NCBI GenBank assembly: GCA_965223845.1
Contig: CBDCXR010000004.1
Location: 2,592,001-2,656,000, forward strand
Direction: 5' to 3'
Source of the DNA: Planctomycetota bacterium
GTDB lineage: Bacteria; Planctomycetota; UBA8108; SXIK01
Length of the DNA stretch: 64,000 nucleotides
In this document: one piece after another, positions 35,651-45,752 of the stretch
How positions within the stretch are numbered: the first letter of the stretch is position 1
Layout: the number at the start of each line of letters is the position of its first letter
Notes under the pieces: generated by a model
The model's input: the letters and a program-made list of their open reading frames with translations, nothing else
Database searches by the model: none
Told to the model about the DNA's origin: nothing
Made by a program: the position numbers and the translations under genes

Positions 35651-38600
35651 ATGTCGCAGCGATTCTGGCTGTATTTCCTTTGCGTGACGTTTGCCGCGGC
35701 GACGACTACGAGGGCGCTCTCGGGTCAGAGCATCGTCATCAACGAGATCTTCGCCGCCGGCGAAAACCCCCTCACCGACGAGGACGGGGACGATAGCGAC
35801 TGGTTCGAGTGTCACAACTCGACGCCAGACGACATCGCGCTCGGGGGTTGGTTCGCAACCGACGATCCGCTCACGCCCCAGAAGTGGCAGTTCCCGAACG
35901 TAACTCTCCCGGCGGGCGGCTATCTCGTCGTCTTCGCATCGGGGAAGGACCGAGACGATCCGAACGGCGAGATCCACACGAGCTTCAAGCTCGCGAGCGA
36001 GGGCGAGCACCTGGCGATCCTTCGCCCGAACGGCGACGTCGAGCACATGTACGATCCGTTCCCCGCGCTTCCCGACGGCGTTTCGTTCGGTCTTTCGGGC
36101 GAGGTCGCGACGCTCATCCCGATCGGCGCCGCGGCCGACATCGTCGTTCCGACGAGCGGTGTGCTCGGACTCACCTGGACCGAAGTCGGGTTTGCGCCCG
36201 ATGCATCGTGGGCGACGGGACCCACCGGAATCGGCTACCACACCGGCGGCGAGAGCCTCCTCCCCGCGCCTCTGAGTAGCTGGACGCTCGATGGCACAGT
36301 CGCCGATGTCGTCGGTCCGAACGACGGTACGTTTGTCGGAGGTGCGGCGAACTACGTCGAGGGTTTTGACGGCTCGAGTGGAACCGCGCTAGACTTCGAC
36401 GGGAGCGATGACTACATCGACGTCTCGACCGCAAGCGGCCTTCCGATCTACGATTCGCCGGCGTTCACGATCGCGATGTGGGTGAAGGGCGGACCGCAGA
36501 ACGACAAGCGAGTCTTCTCCGAAGGCTCGTCGTCGAACAACACGCCTCTCTTTACGATCGGCACCGACGCCTCCGGGAACACCGGCAAGGTCGATATTTT
36601 CGTACGATCGAACGGAAGCACAGTCGTCCCTCACCGACTGTCGCAAGGGATCGCGTTCGACAACACATGGCACCACATCGCGTGGGTGGACGAAGACGGC
36701 GACGCCGCGCTCTACATCGACGGCGAGCTCGACGGGCAGAATTTTTCCTACTCGAAGCCGGCACTCGATCTAGACATCACCTCGATCGGAAGCGTTCTCC
36801 GCGCGTCGGCGTGCTGCTTCTTCAACGGCCAAATCGACGACGTCGGCATCTGGGATCTCGCGCTCACCGCCGAAGAGATCGCCGCGCTCGCCAGCGGTGC
36901 ACCGCCCGATTCGGGGAGCCTCTACGCGCCTCTCGTCGCGACGGACGTCGAATCCGAGCTCCGCGGCAACGGGACGTCGCTCTACGCGCGGATCCCGTTC
37001 GATGTCGCCGATGCCGGCGCGATCACGTCGCTCTCACTGGGAATTCAGTACGACGACGGATTCGCCGCTTACCTAAACGGCACGGAGGTGGTGCGTCGCA
37101 ACGCTCCCGGCGCGCTCGCTTGGGACTCCGCGGCGACCGCGGAACGGAGCGATGCCGCCGCGACTGTCGTCGACGAGATCAACCTCACTCCGTTCGCCGC
37201 CTCCCTTCGCGACGGAGCGAACGTTCTCGCGATCCACGCTCTCAACCGGACGAGCGACGACCCGAGCTTTCTTCTCCGCCCGCGTCTCGTCGCCTCCGGG
37301 GCGTCGGCCACGGCGACCCGCTTCTTCGGCGAGCCGAGCCCGGGCGCCGCCAACACCGGTGGTGCGGTCGACTTCGTCCAAGACACGAAATTCACCGTCG
37401 ACCGCGGCTTTTTTGACGCACCGTTTAACGTCGAGATCACGACGGCGACACCGGACGCGACGATTCGCTACACCACGGACGGCACGGCGCCGACGGCGAC
37501 GCACGGGGACATCTACGACGGACCGATCGCGGTTACGACCACGACCACGCTCCGAGCGGCCGGATTCAAGGACGGCTTCGAGCCCACAAACGTCGACACG
37601 CACACGTACATTTTTCTCGACGACGTCCTCGCGCAGCCGAATCAGCGTCCCGGGTACCCGTCGACGTGGCAGGGCTTCCCGGCCGACTACGGCATGGACC
37701 CCGAGGTCACGACGGACGTCGACTCGCCGAACTACCATCCGGGCGTCAAGGATGCGCTCGCGTCGCTCCCCACGATGTCTCTCGTTCTCGCGCCGAACGA
37801 CCTCATGGGCGGCAGCGGGATCTACACGAATTCGCTTTCGCGCGGTTCGGGCTGGGAGCGGTCGGCGTCGATCGAGCTCATTCTTCCCGAGGGAATGCTC
37901 GGACCCGAGGGCAACGGGCGCGAGTTCCAGGTCAACTGCGGAGTCCGCATGCAGGGCGGCTCGAGCGCCCGCCCGGGCGAAGGAAAGCACTCGTTTCGCC
38001 TTCTCTTCAAGGACGAGCACGGACCGACGAAGCTTCGCTTCGGCCTCTTTCCCGATTCGCGCGTGGATCGATTCGACACGGTCATTCTCCGCTGCTTCTC
38101 CACCGATAGCTGGCATTTCAAAGACGGCGGCGCGCGCTACCGGCGATGGGATTCACAGTTCATCCGCGACCTCTGGATGAAAGACACGCAACTCGCGATG
38201 GGCCACCTCTCGGGTCACAACAGCTACGTCCACCTCTACGTGAACGGATTCTACTGGGGCGTTTACAACCCGTCGGAACGCCCGGACGACTCGTTCCTCT
38301 ACCAGCACGACCAGAGGGAAGAGGTTCCCCAGAGCACTCGGAAGGAGGACTGGGACGTCGTCAAAGACTTCAACGAGCTCTTCCGCGGAAACCGCCAGGC
38401 GTGGGACCAGCTCATGAGCCTCGCCAACTCCGGCCTCTCCTCGGTGACCTCGTACCAGCGGCTCCAGGGCAACAACCCCGACGGCACGCGCAATCCCGCC
38501 TATCCCGTCCTCCTCGACGTCGACAACCTCATCGACTACATGATGCTCCATCTGTACGGGTGTGCGGAGGACTGGCCGCATCACAACTGGTACGCGGGGC

Positions 38601-40645
38601 GCAGCCGAACGGCGGACTCGCGGGGATGGCGCTTCTTCGTCTGGGACCAGGAGATCGTTCTCGACTTCGTCTTCCGCGATCGGCTCGACGTCTCGAACTC
38701 GAACTCTCCTGCGTTCGTATACTCGCGCCTGCGCGCGAACGAGGAGTTTCGCGTGCGCTTCGGTGATCGAATTCAGCGGCACCTCTTTCACGAAGGCGTG
38801 CTCACCAACGATGTCGCGCGCGCACGCTGGAACGCTCGCGCCGATCAGATCGACTCGGCGGTGATCGCCGAGTCGGCGCGCTGGGGCGACTACCGAATGG
38901 ATGTCGCGGATCCGCGAAACAGCCCGGCGGAACTCTACACGCGCGAGGATCATTGGCTCGTCGAGAAGGAGAAGGTTCTCAACACTTACCTCCCCGAGTC
39001 GCATCGCCGCGCGATGACTCGCTTCCGCCGCGAGAACCTCTACCCCGCCGTCGATCCCCCGATCCTCTCGCAGCACGGAGGCGTGGTTGCGCGCGACTTT
39101 CCGCTCGGGATCGCCGCACCGCTCGGAACTGCCTACTACACGCTAGACGGATCGGATCCGCGCCTCGAAGGGGGCGAGGTTTCGCCCACGGCGATCGCGG
39201 CGGGCGTCGGAGCGACCGAGACGATTCTTGGCTCTCCTGCACCCGCGCGCTATCTCGTCCCTTCCGACGACTCGGTCGACTCGACGTGGACCGCGGTCGA
39301 TTTCCCCGACGACGACTGGACGGCGGGAGAGTCCGCGATCGGATACGAGCGCTCGAGCGGTTACGAGGACGACTACGTGGTCGACCTCGAAGGCGAGATG
39401 TACGGTCTCAGCCCGACGGTCTATCTGCGCATCCCGTTCGACGTCGCGGATCCTTCTCAGTACGCGTTCCTTCGCCTCGAGATTCAGTACGACGACGGAT
39501 TCGTCGCGTACCTAAACGGCGAAGAAATCGCGCAGCAAAACGCTCCGGCAGATCTCTCGTATGCAGCGCGAGCGGACGACTCCCATCCCGACGCCGACGC
39601 GCAGGAGTTCCTCGGCTTCGACCTGACCGGCGCCGCCTCTCTGCGCGCGGGGCGCAATGTCCTCGCGATTCATGGGCTGAACGCGAGCGCAACAAGCAGT
39701 GACTTCCTCATCGCGCCGCGGCTCGTCGGCGGAAGTCTCGCCGAATCGGCGATTCCGATCGAGTCGACTTCGGTCGTCAAGGCGCGCTCGCTCCAGGGCG
39801 GGGAGTGGAGCGCTCTCGTCTCGGCCACGTTCTACCTCGATGAGCCGCTTGATCTCCGCATCACCGAGGTCCACTATCACCCGCGCTCGGAACCGGGAAG
39901 CCCGTTCAACGGGGACGACTTCGAGTTCGTCGAGATGCAGAACGTCGGTCCGGAGACGATCGCGCTCACCGGCGTTCGGCTGAGCGGAGCGATCGAGTTT
40001 CAGTTCCCGACCGACGAAGTCTGGGAGCTCGCCCCTGGTGAGACCGTGCTCGTCGTCGAGAACTTTCCGGCGTTCACCGAGCGTTACGACACGAATGGCA
40101 TGTTCATCGCCGGCGAGTACCGCGGCAACCTCTCGAACGGAGGAGAGTGGATCACGCTCGAAAGCGCAACCGGCGAGCTGATCCTCGAGTTCGCCTACGA
40201 CGACGAATGGTATCCATCGACGGACGGAGCGGGGAGCTCGCTCGAAATCGTCAACGCACTCGGTCCGGCTTCCGATTGGCTGTTTTCGGCCGCGTGGGCA
40301 CCGAGCGCCGTGACGGACGGCACTCCCGGCGAGCACCCGCTCGGGCCGCCGCCGGACGGCGGGCTCCAGCTCATCGGCGACGGCAACCAGGACGGAAACA
40401 GCGACATCTCCGACGCCGTCGCAACGCTTCTCCTCCTCTTTGGCGGCGGCGATCTCATCGCGCCGTGCGATGGCGACTCTCCGTTCGAGGGCGGGAATCT
40501 CGTTCTTCTCGATATCAACGCGGACGGCGGATTCAACGTCGCCGACGCGGTCCACCTCCTCAACTATCTCTTCGGCGACGGCGACCCGCCGCCGCTCGGA
40601 TCGGGGTGCGTCCGGATCCCCGGTTGTCCCAACGTCTGTCGTTGA
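35651..40645 (+). CDS. Secreted CotH-family kinase with lamin-tail, LamG, beta-sandwich, FN3-associated and dockerin-like domains
   Basis: Signal peptide; IVINEIFA (LTD); LamG; IRYTTDGTAP; CotH motifs RMQGGSS..KHSFRL, YVNGFYWGVY..ERPD, EDWPHHNWY, VWDQE; LRITEVHYHP; GDGNQDGNSDISD...DINADGGFNVAD. Confidence 0.88.
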   Translation: MSQRFWLYFLCVTFAAATTTRALSGQSIVINEIFAAGENPLTDEDGDDSDWFECHNSTPDDIALGGWFATDDPLTPQKWQFPNVTLPAGGYLVVFASGKDRDDPNGEIHTSFKLASEGEHLAILRPNGDVEHMYDPFPALPDGVSFGLSGEVATLIPIGAAADIVVPTSGVLGLTWTEVGFAPDASWATGPTGIGYHTGGESLLPAPLSSWTLDGTVADVVGPNDGTFVGGAANYVEGFDGSSGTALDFDGSDDYIDVSTASGLPIYDSPAFTIAMWVKGGPQNDKRVFSEGSSSNNTPLFTIGTDASGNTGKVDIFVRSNGSTVVPHRLSQGIAFDNTWHHIAWVDEDGDAALYIDGELDGQNFSYSKPALDLDITSIGSVLRASACCFFNGQIDDVGIWDLALTAEEIAALASGAPPDSGSLYAPLVATDVESELRGNGTSLYARIPFDVADAGAITSLSLGIQYDDGFAAYLNGTEVVRRNAPGALAWDSAATAERSDAAATVVDEINLTPFAASLRDGANVLAIHALNRTSDDPSFLLRPRLVASGASATATRFFGEPSPGAANTGGAVDFVQDTKFTVDRGFFDAPFNVEITTATPDATIRYTTDGTAPTATHGDIYDGPIAVTTTTTLRAAGFKDGFEPTNVDTHTYIFLDDVLAQPNQRPGYPSTWQGFPADYGMDPEVTTDVDSPNYHPGVKDALASLPTMSLVLAPNDLMGGSGIYTNSLSRGSGWERSASIELILPEGMLGPEGNGREFQVNCGVRMQGGSSARPGEGKHSFRLLFKDEHGPTKLRFGLFPDSRVDRFDTVILRCFSTDSWHFKDGGARYRRWDSQFIRDLWMKDTQLAMGHLSGHNSYVHLYVNGFYWGVYNPSERPDDSFLYQHDQREEVPQSTRKEDWDVVKDFNELFRGNRQAWDQLMSLANSGLSSVTSYQRLQGNNPDGTRNPAYPVLLDVDNLIDYMMLHLYGCAEDWPHHNWYAGRSRTADSRGWRFFVWDQEIVLDFVFRDRLDVSNSNSPAFVYSRLRANEEFRVRFGDRIQRHLFHEGVLTNDVARARWNARADQIDSAVIAESARWGDYRMDVADPRNSPAELYTREDHWLVEKEKVLNTYLPESHRRAMTRFRRENLYPAVDPPILSQHGGVVARDFPLGIAAPLGTAYYTLDGSDPRLEGGEVSPTAIAAGVGATETILGSPAPARYLVPSDDSVDSTWTAVDFPDDDWTAGESAIGYERSSGYEDDYVVDLEGEMYGLSPTVYLRIPFDVADPSQYAFLRLEIQYDDGFVAYLNGEEIAQQNAPADLSYAARADDSHPDADAQEFLGFDLTGAASLRAGRNVLAIHGLNASATSSDFLIAPRLVGGSLAESAIPIESTSVVKARSLQGGEWSALVSATFYLDEPLDLRITEVHYHPRSEPGSPFNGDDFEFVEMQNVGPETIALTGVRLSGAIEFQFPTDEVWELAPGETVLVVENFPAFTERYDTNGMFIAGEYRGNLSNGGEWITLESATGELILEFAYDDEWYPSTDGAGSSLEIVNALGPASDWLFSAAWAPSAVTDGTPGEHPLGPPPDGGLQLIGDGNQDGNSDISDAVATLLLLFGGGDLIAPCDGDSPFEGGNLVLLDINADGGFNVADAVHLLNYLFGDGDPPPLGSGCVRIPGCPNVCR

Positions 40646-40660
40646 CGAGGGCGAGTCTCG

Positions 40661-43600
40661 ATGCGAAGTCGCGTGGCGATCTACGGCTTCTTGGCGTTCG
40701 CCGCGACGACGGTGATCGTCGCGCCGCGCGCGCTCGCGCAGGTCGTCATCAACGAATTCGTCGCGGCGAGTGACGGCAGTTTCCTCGACGAGAACGGAGA
40801 GCCGAACGACTGGATCGAGCTCCTCGCGACGGCCGATGCGCCCGTCGACCTCTCCGGTTGGTCACTCACCGACTCGGCGGACGACGACGGGTGGGCACTC
40901 CCGTCCCTCGTCCTCGCTCCCGGCGAGACACTCGTCATCTTCGCTTCGGGCAAGGATCGACGGGACCCCGAAGGCGAGCTGCACGCGAGCTTTCGCCTCG
41001 CGGCGGACGGCGAGTACCTGGCTCTGCGCTCCCCAATCGGCGTCGTTCACGAGTACGCGCCCTATCCGCCACAGCGGGAAGGACTCTCCTACGGTCTCGC
41101 AAACGAGAGTCGCGTGCTCGTCGGCGCGGGCGACGAGGCGGACATCCTCGCTCCGGCCACAGACGACGCCGGCGACTGGACGGCGCGCAACTACAATCCG
41201 GGCGCGTCCTGGCTCCGCGGATCGACGGGGATCGGCTACGCCGACGCGAACGCTCCGCCGCTCGAGGACGACGCCCTCGCGGGGTTCTGGCCGTTCGCCG
41301 GTGATCTCGCCGACGTCGCACAAGGAAACGACGGCGTGTTCGCCGGAGGCGCCGTTCGATTCGCGGCGGGCCCGAACGCGGAGCTCGGTGCGGTCCTTTT
41401 CGATGGCGTCGACGATGTCGTCGAGGTCTCCCCAGCGCCGCTCTTTCCCGTGTCGAACCACGAGCGGTTCTCGGTGGCGATGTGGGTGAACGGACTGCCG
41501 CAATCCGACCGGCGAGTGTTCTCCGAGGGTTCGCGGAGCAACTCGCGGCCGGTGTTCAACATCGGAACCGATCACACGGGGTCGACCGGAGCGGTCGACA
41601 TCTTCATTCGCGACGATCAAGGTCAGGTGCTCGTCGGGCACGTCCATTCGCGGGCTCGAGCGTTCGACGGCTCGTGGCACCACCTAGCGTGGGTGGACGA
41701 CTCGGGACGCGCGAAACTCTATATCGATGGCGCGCTGGATCTCGAACTCGAGTACGCGAAGAAGGAGCTCGCGCTCGACCGAACGGCGTTCGGTGCGATT
41801 TTGCGCGACGGACTCAGCTTCCCGTTCGCGGGTAGCATCGCCGCTCCGGCGGTCTGGACGCGACTTCTCGCGCCGGACGAGATCGAGCGCTTGGCCAGCG
41901 GCTCCGACCCGCGCGCGATCGGGACCGCGTCGTTTGCGGATGCGATCGCAACCGACATCGGCTCCGAGCTCGGCGACATCAGCCCATCGGCGTACGTGCG
42001 CCTTCCGTTCACCTGGGAACCAGACGAACCGCCGCAGTCGCTCGTTCTTCGCTGTCGCTACGACGACGGATTCGCGGCCTACCTGAACGGTTCCGAGGTC
42101 GCGCGGCGCGGCGCACCCGCCGGAGCGCTGTCGGCGGGGTCGAGCGCCGCGGCGAATCGGCCGGACGAGCTCGCCGCGCGGTTCGAAGAGATCCCGCTCG
42201 ACGCGGCAGGGATCATCGTCTCTTCCGGCGAGAACGTTCTCGCCATCCACGCGCTCGACGCGGCGGAGCCCGATGCGGGGTTTCTCGTGCTTCCCGAGCT
42301 CCACGCCGTCGAACCGCCGCGCGAAACCGGCCTCTACTTCCGTGAACCGACACCGGGCGCTCTCAATCGCGGGGGATCGATCGACTTCGTCGCGGACACG
42401 AAATTCAGCCATCATCGCGGGTTCTACGCCGACGAGATCGAGCTTTCGATCACGAGCGAAACCCAGGGCGCGGAGATTCGCTACACACTGGACGGGACGG
42501 CGCCAGCTCCCGATCACGGCGAAGTGTACGCCGGCACGATTCGGATCTCGACGACGACGGTCGTTCGCGCCGCAGCGTTCAAGGACGGCTACGAGCCCAC
42601 GAACGTCGACACGCAGAGTTACTTCTTCCCGGCGGACATTCTTCGTCAGACCGCCCCGGCCGGGTATCCCTCGACGTGGAGCGGAACTCCGGCCGACTAC
42701 GCCATGGATCCGCGCATCGTCGGCGATCCCGAGTACGCGGCCGATTGGGAGACCGCGCTCTTCGACCTCGACACTCTCAGCGTCGTGCTCGATCCCGACG
42801 ACCTGTTCGGGCCCAACGGGATTTACGAAAACCCGACTCAGTCGGGCTCCGCGTGGGAACGTGCTGCTTCGCTCGAGATCCTGAGCGCGAGCGGTGAGCG
42901 CGATCTTCAGATCGATTGCGGCGCGCGAATCACCGGCAATCGCAGCCGTTCGCCCGCGAATTCACCGAAGCACGGAATTCGACTGATCTTCCGCGGGAGC
43001 TACGGCGCGACAAAGCTCGAGTATCCGCTCTTTCCCGGAAGTCCCGTCGAACGATTCGACACGATCGCGATCCGGCCGAACGCCTTCGACTCCTGGGTGT
43101 CCGACAACTCGAGTCAGCGGACCGGTGCGACCTACATCCGCGACGAGTGGGTGCGATCGGCCCAGCGAGACACGGGCTCGCCCACTCCCGGAAGCAGCTT
43201 CGTGCACCTCTACCTGAACGGCCTCTACTGGGGGCTCTACAACGCGACCGAACGCCCGGACGCGTCGTTCGCCGCGGAGCACGTCGGTGGGGACAAGGAC
43301 GATTTCGACGCGATCAAGAATCACGAGGAGGTCGTCGACGGGAACATCTTCGCCTACCGCACGCTCGATTCGCTTCGTGCGGCGGGCGTCCGCGACGCCG
43401 CGTCGTACGCCCGCATCGAGGAGTACGTCGATTTCTCGAGCATCTCCGACTACATGATCGTCAACATGTTTGCGCCCTCGACCGACTGGCCCGGGAACTA
43501 CTACATGGTGCGCGACCGGACCGGGGCGAGCGGCGGATTCAAGTTCGTCTCCTGGGACTCCGAGTACGCGTTCCTCGGATCGGTCGAGAACAATCGGACC

Positions 43601-45547
43601 CTCACTCACTGGCGCGACGCGGATTCTCCAACGAAGTTCTATCACGCTCTCCGCGAGAACGCCGAGTTTCGGCTCTTCTTCGCCGATCACGTCGAGCGCC
43701 ATTTCGGGACGGGCGGGATCCTCACGGTCGAAGCCGTACTCGAACGCTGGGAGACGCTCGCGGGTTCGATCCGGACGGCGCTCGTCGCCGAATCCGCGCG
43801 CTGGGGCGACTACCGGCGGTCGACGCCGTACCGACCGGACGTCGAGTGGGAGCGCGAGACGCAGCGACTCCTCACGGAATACCTCCCCCGGCGGCCGGCG
43901 ATCGTTCTCGAACAATTTCGCGCGCAGGGTATGTACCCCGAAATCGAACCGCCGACATTTGCCCCGGACGGCGGTGCGGTCGAGCTCGGCGCCCGCGTGA
44001 GCCTGAGCGCCGAGCGAGGCGCGACCTACTACACGCTCGACGGGAGCGACCCGCGCCTTCCGACCGGCGAAGTTTCCCCGGCGGCGCGCACGGTCGAGAT
44101 CCCGCGCGGAGATGTCATTCTCGCGCGCGGTGCACCGGGACGCGTGCACGTTCCGCTCGACGATTCCCTCGGCCTCGCTTGGACGGAACGCGGATTCGAC
44201 GACGCTGCGTGGACCGATCTCCCCTCGGCGATCGGTTATGAGCGGTCGAGCGGATACGAGGACGAGATCGAGGGCGATGTCGAATCGATCCTCTTCGGCG
44301 TGAACTCCTCGATCTTCGTGCGCATTCCGTTCGATGGCCGCGCGGCGGCGGATGCCGATGCGCTCACACTGTGGGTACAGTTCGACGACGGCTTCGTCGC
44401 GTATCTGAACGGCGAAGAGATCGCGCGTCGAAATGCGCCCGATGGCGCTCTCGAGTGGGACTCTCGAGCTTCGGATTCTCCGCCGGACGCAGCCGCCGTC
44501 GAGTTCCAGGCGATCGATGTTTCGTTCGCGCTCTCGCTCCTCAGCGGAACGGATGACGTCCTCGCACTCCACGGTTTGAATGCGAGCACGACGAGCAGCG
44601 ACTTTCTCCTCGCCGCCGAGCTCACCGCCGCGCAAGGAGCAACACCGGGGATCCAAATCGATTACGCGACGCGCGTCCGCGCGCGATCCTTCGACGGCGC
44701 CGAATGGAGTGCGCTCCGCGAGCGCACGTTCGTCGTCGATGAACCCCTGCCCGTACGCGTCACAGAGATCCACTACCACCCGGGAGGCGTGGCCGGAGAT
44801 CGCTTCCCCGCGGACGAGTTCGAGTTCATCGAAGTCCAAAACGTCAGCGAGCGCTCGGTATCCCTCCTCGGCGCGGCGCTCTCCGAAGGGGTCGAGTTTC
44901 GCTTCGACGACCCCGCTTTCGCGCCTCTGGCCCCGGGTGAGACGGCGATCGTCGTTCGCAACCTCGAGGCCTTCGCCGATCGGTATCCCGGCCCGGTCGC
45001 CGCGGATCGAGTCGCCGGCGAGTACGGCGGTCGGCTCGACAACGCTGGAGAGGTTCTTCGACTCTCGGACGCGCGGGGAGTTCTCGTCCAGGAGCTCGCC
45101 TACGACGATGCGTGGTATCCCTCGACGGATGGCGGCGGGGCGTCGCTCGAGATCGTGGACGCTAGAGGTCCTCTCGCGTCGTGGTCGACGAGGGACGGAT
45201 GGGCGCCGAGTTCGACGGCCGGCGGGACTCCCGGCGCCCACCCGTTCGGGAGCGAGCTCGAGGGTCACCGACGGATCGGCGACGCCAACCGCGACGGCAG
45301 CGTCAATATCGCCGACGCGCTCGCGATCCTCGGGTTCCTCTTCGGCGGTTCGCCCCTCGACGCTCTCTGCGAGCGTCCTGCGGGAGCGAATGTCGTCCTC
45401 GACGTGAACGGCGACGGCGGGGTCGACATCTCGGACCCGATCCGTCTGCTCCTCTACCTGTTCAGCGACGGGGATCCGCCTCCTCGAGGCGAAGGATGCG
45501 TGAAGATTCCGGGGTGCACTTCCGCGTGCCTCGGCGCCCCGGAATAG
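40661..45547 (+). CDS. Secreted CotH-family kinase, tandem paralogue with the same architecture
   Basis: VVINEFVA, LamG, RITGNRSR..KHGIRL, YLNGLYWGLY..ERPD, TDWPGNYY, SWDSE, VRVTEIHYHP, GDANRDGSVNIAD. Confidence 0.88.
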   Translation: MRSRVAIYGFLAFAATTVIVAPRALAQVVINEFVAASDGSFLDENGEPNDWIELLATADAPVDLSGWSLTDSADDDGWALPSLVLAPGETLVIFASGKDRRDPEGELHASFRLAADGEYLALRSPIGVVHEYAPYPPQREGLSYGLANESRVLVGAGDEADILAPATDDAGDWTARNYNPGASWLRGSTGIGYADANAPPLEDDALAGFWPFAGDLADVAQGNDGVFAGGAVRFAAGPNAELGAVLFDGVDDVVEVSPAPLFPVSNHERFSVAMWVNGLPQSDRRVFSEGSRSNSRPVFNIGTDHTGSTGAVDIFIRDDQGQVLVGHVHSRARAFDGSWHHLAWVDDSGRAKLYIDGALDLELEYAKKELALDRTAFGAILRDGLSFPFAGSIAAPAVWTRLLAPDEIERLASGSDPRAIGTASFADAIATDIGSELGDISPSAYVRLPFTWEPDEPPQSLVLRCRYDDGFAAYLNGSEVARRGAPAGALSAGSSAAANRPDELAARFEEIPLDAAGIIVSSGENVLAIHALDAAEPDAGFLVLPELHAVEPPRETGLYFREPTPGALNRGGSIDFVADTKFSHHRGFYADEIELSITSETQGAEIRYTLDGTAPAPDHGEVYAGTIRISTTTVVRAAAFKDGYEPTNVDTQSYFFPADILRQTAPAGYPSTWSGTPADYAMDPRIVGDPEYAADWETALFDLDTLSVVLDPDDLFGPNGIYENPTQSGSAWERAASLEILSASGERDLQIDCGARITGNRSRSPANSPKHGIRLIFRGSYGATKLEYPLFPGSPVERFDTIAIRPNAFDSWVSDNSSQRTGATYIRDEWVRSAQRDTGSPTPGSSFVHLYLNGLYWGLYNATERPDASFAAEHVGGDKDDFDAIKNHEEVVDGNIFAYRTLDSLRAAGVRDAASYARIEEYVDFSSISDYMIVNMFAPSTDWPGNYYMVRDRTGASGGFKFVSWDSEYAFLGSVENNRTLTHWRDADSPTKFYHALRENAEFRLFFADHVERHFGTGGILTVEAVLERWETLAGSIRTALVAESARWGDYRRSTPYRPDVEWERETQRLLTEYLPRRPAIVLEQFRAQGMYPEIEPPTFAPDGGAVELGARVSLSAERGATYYTLDGSDPRLPTGEVSPAARTVEIPRGDVILARGAPGRVHVPLDDSLGLAWTERGFDDAAWTDLPSAIGYERSSGYEDEIEGDVESILFGVNSSIFVRIPFDGRAAADADALTLWVQFDDGFVAYLNGEEIARRNAPDGALEWDSRASDSPPDAAAVEFQAIDVSFALSLLSGTDDVLALHGLNASTTSSDFLLAAELTAAQGATPGIQIDYATRVRARSFDGAEWSALRERTFVVDEPLPVRVTEIHYHPGGVAGDRFPADEFEFIEVQNVSERSVSLLGAALSEGVEFRFDDPAFAPLAPGETAIVVRNLEAFADRYPGPVAADRVAGEYGGRLDNAGEVLRLSDARGVLVQELAYDDAWYPSTDGGGASLEIVDARGPLASWSTRDGWAPSSTAGGTPGAHPFGSELEGHRRIGDANRDGSVNIADALAILGFLFGGSPLDALCERPAGANVVLDVNGDGGVDISDPIRLLLYLFSDGDPPPRGEGCVKIPGCTSACLGAPE

Positions 45548-45752
45548 CGGGCGACGCCGATTCGACGCCTCGGTTTGTCTCCTGTCGGGGAGCTTGCGGC
45601 GCGGTGGGGTCGATCTCCCTTCCGGATCGCGACATCGGACCGAGAATTGCCGGCGCGCGTTTGGTATCGTTGGAAGCGGGTGTATTCACTGTTTTCGCGA
45701 CTCGGCCATAGCGTCGAGTCTCGAGGTTGTTTCTTCCTGAGGGGGAAGGTCC

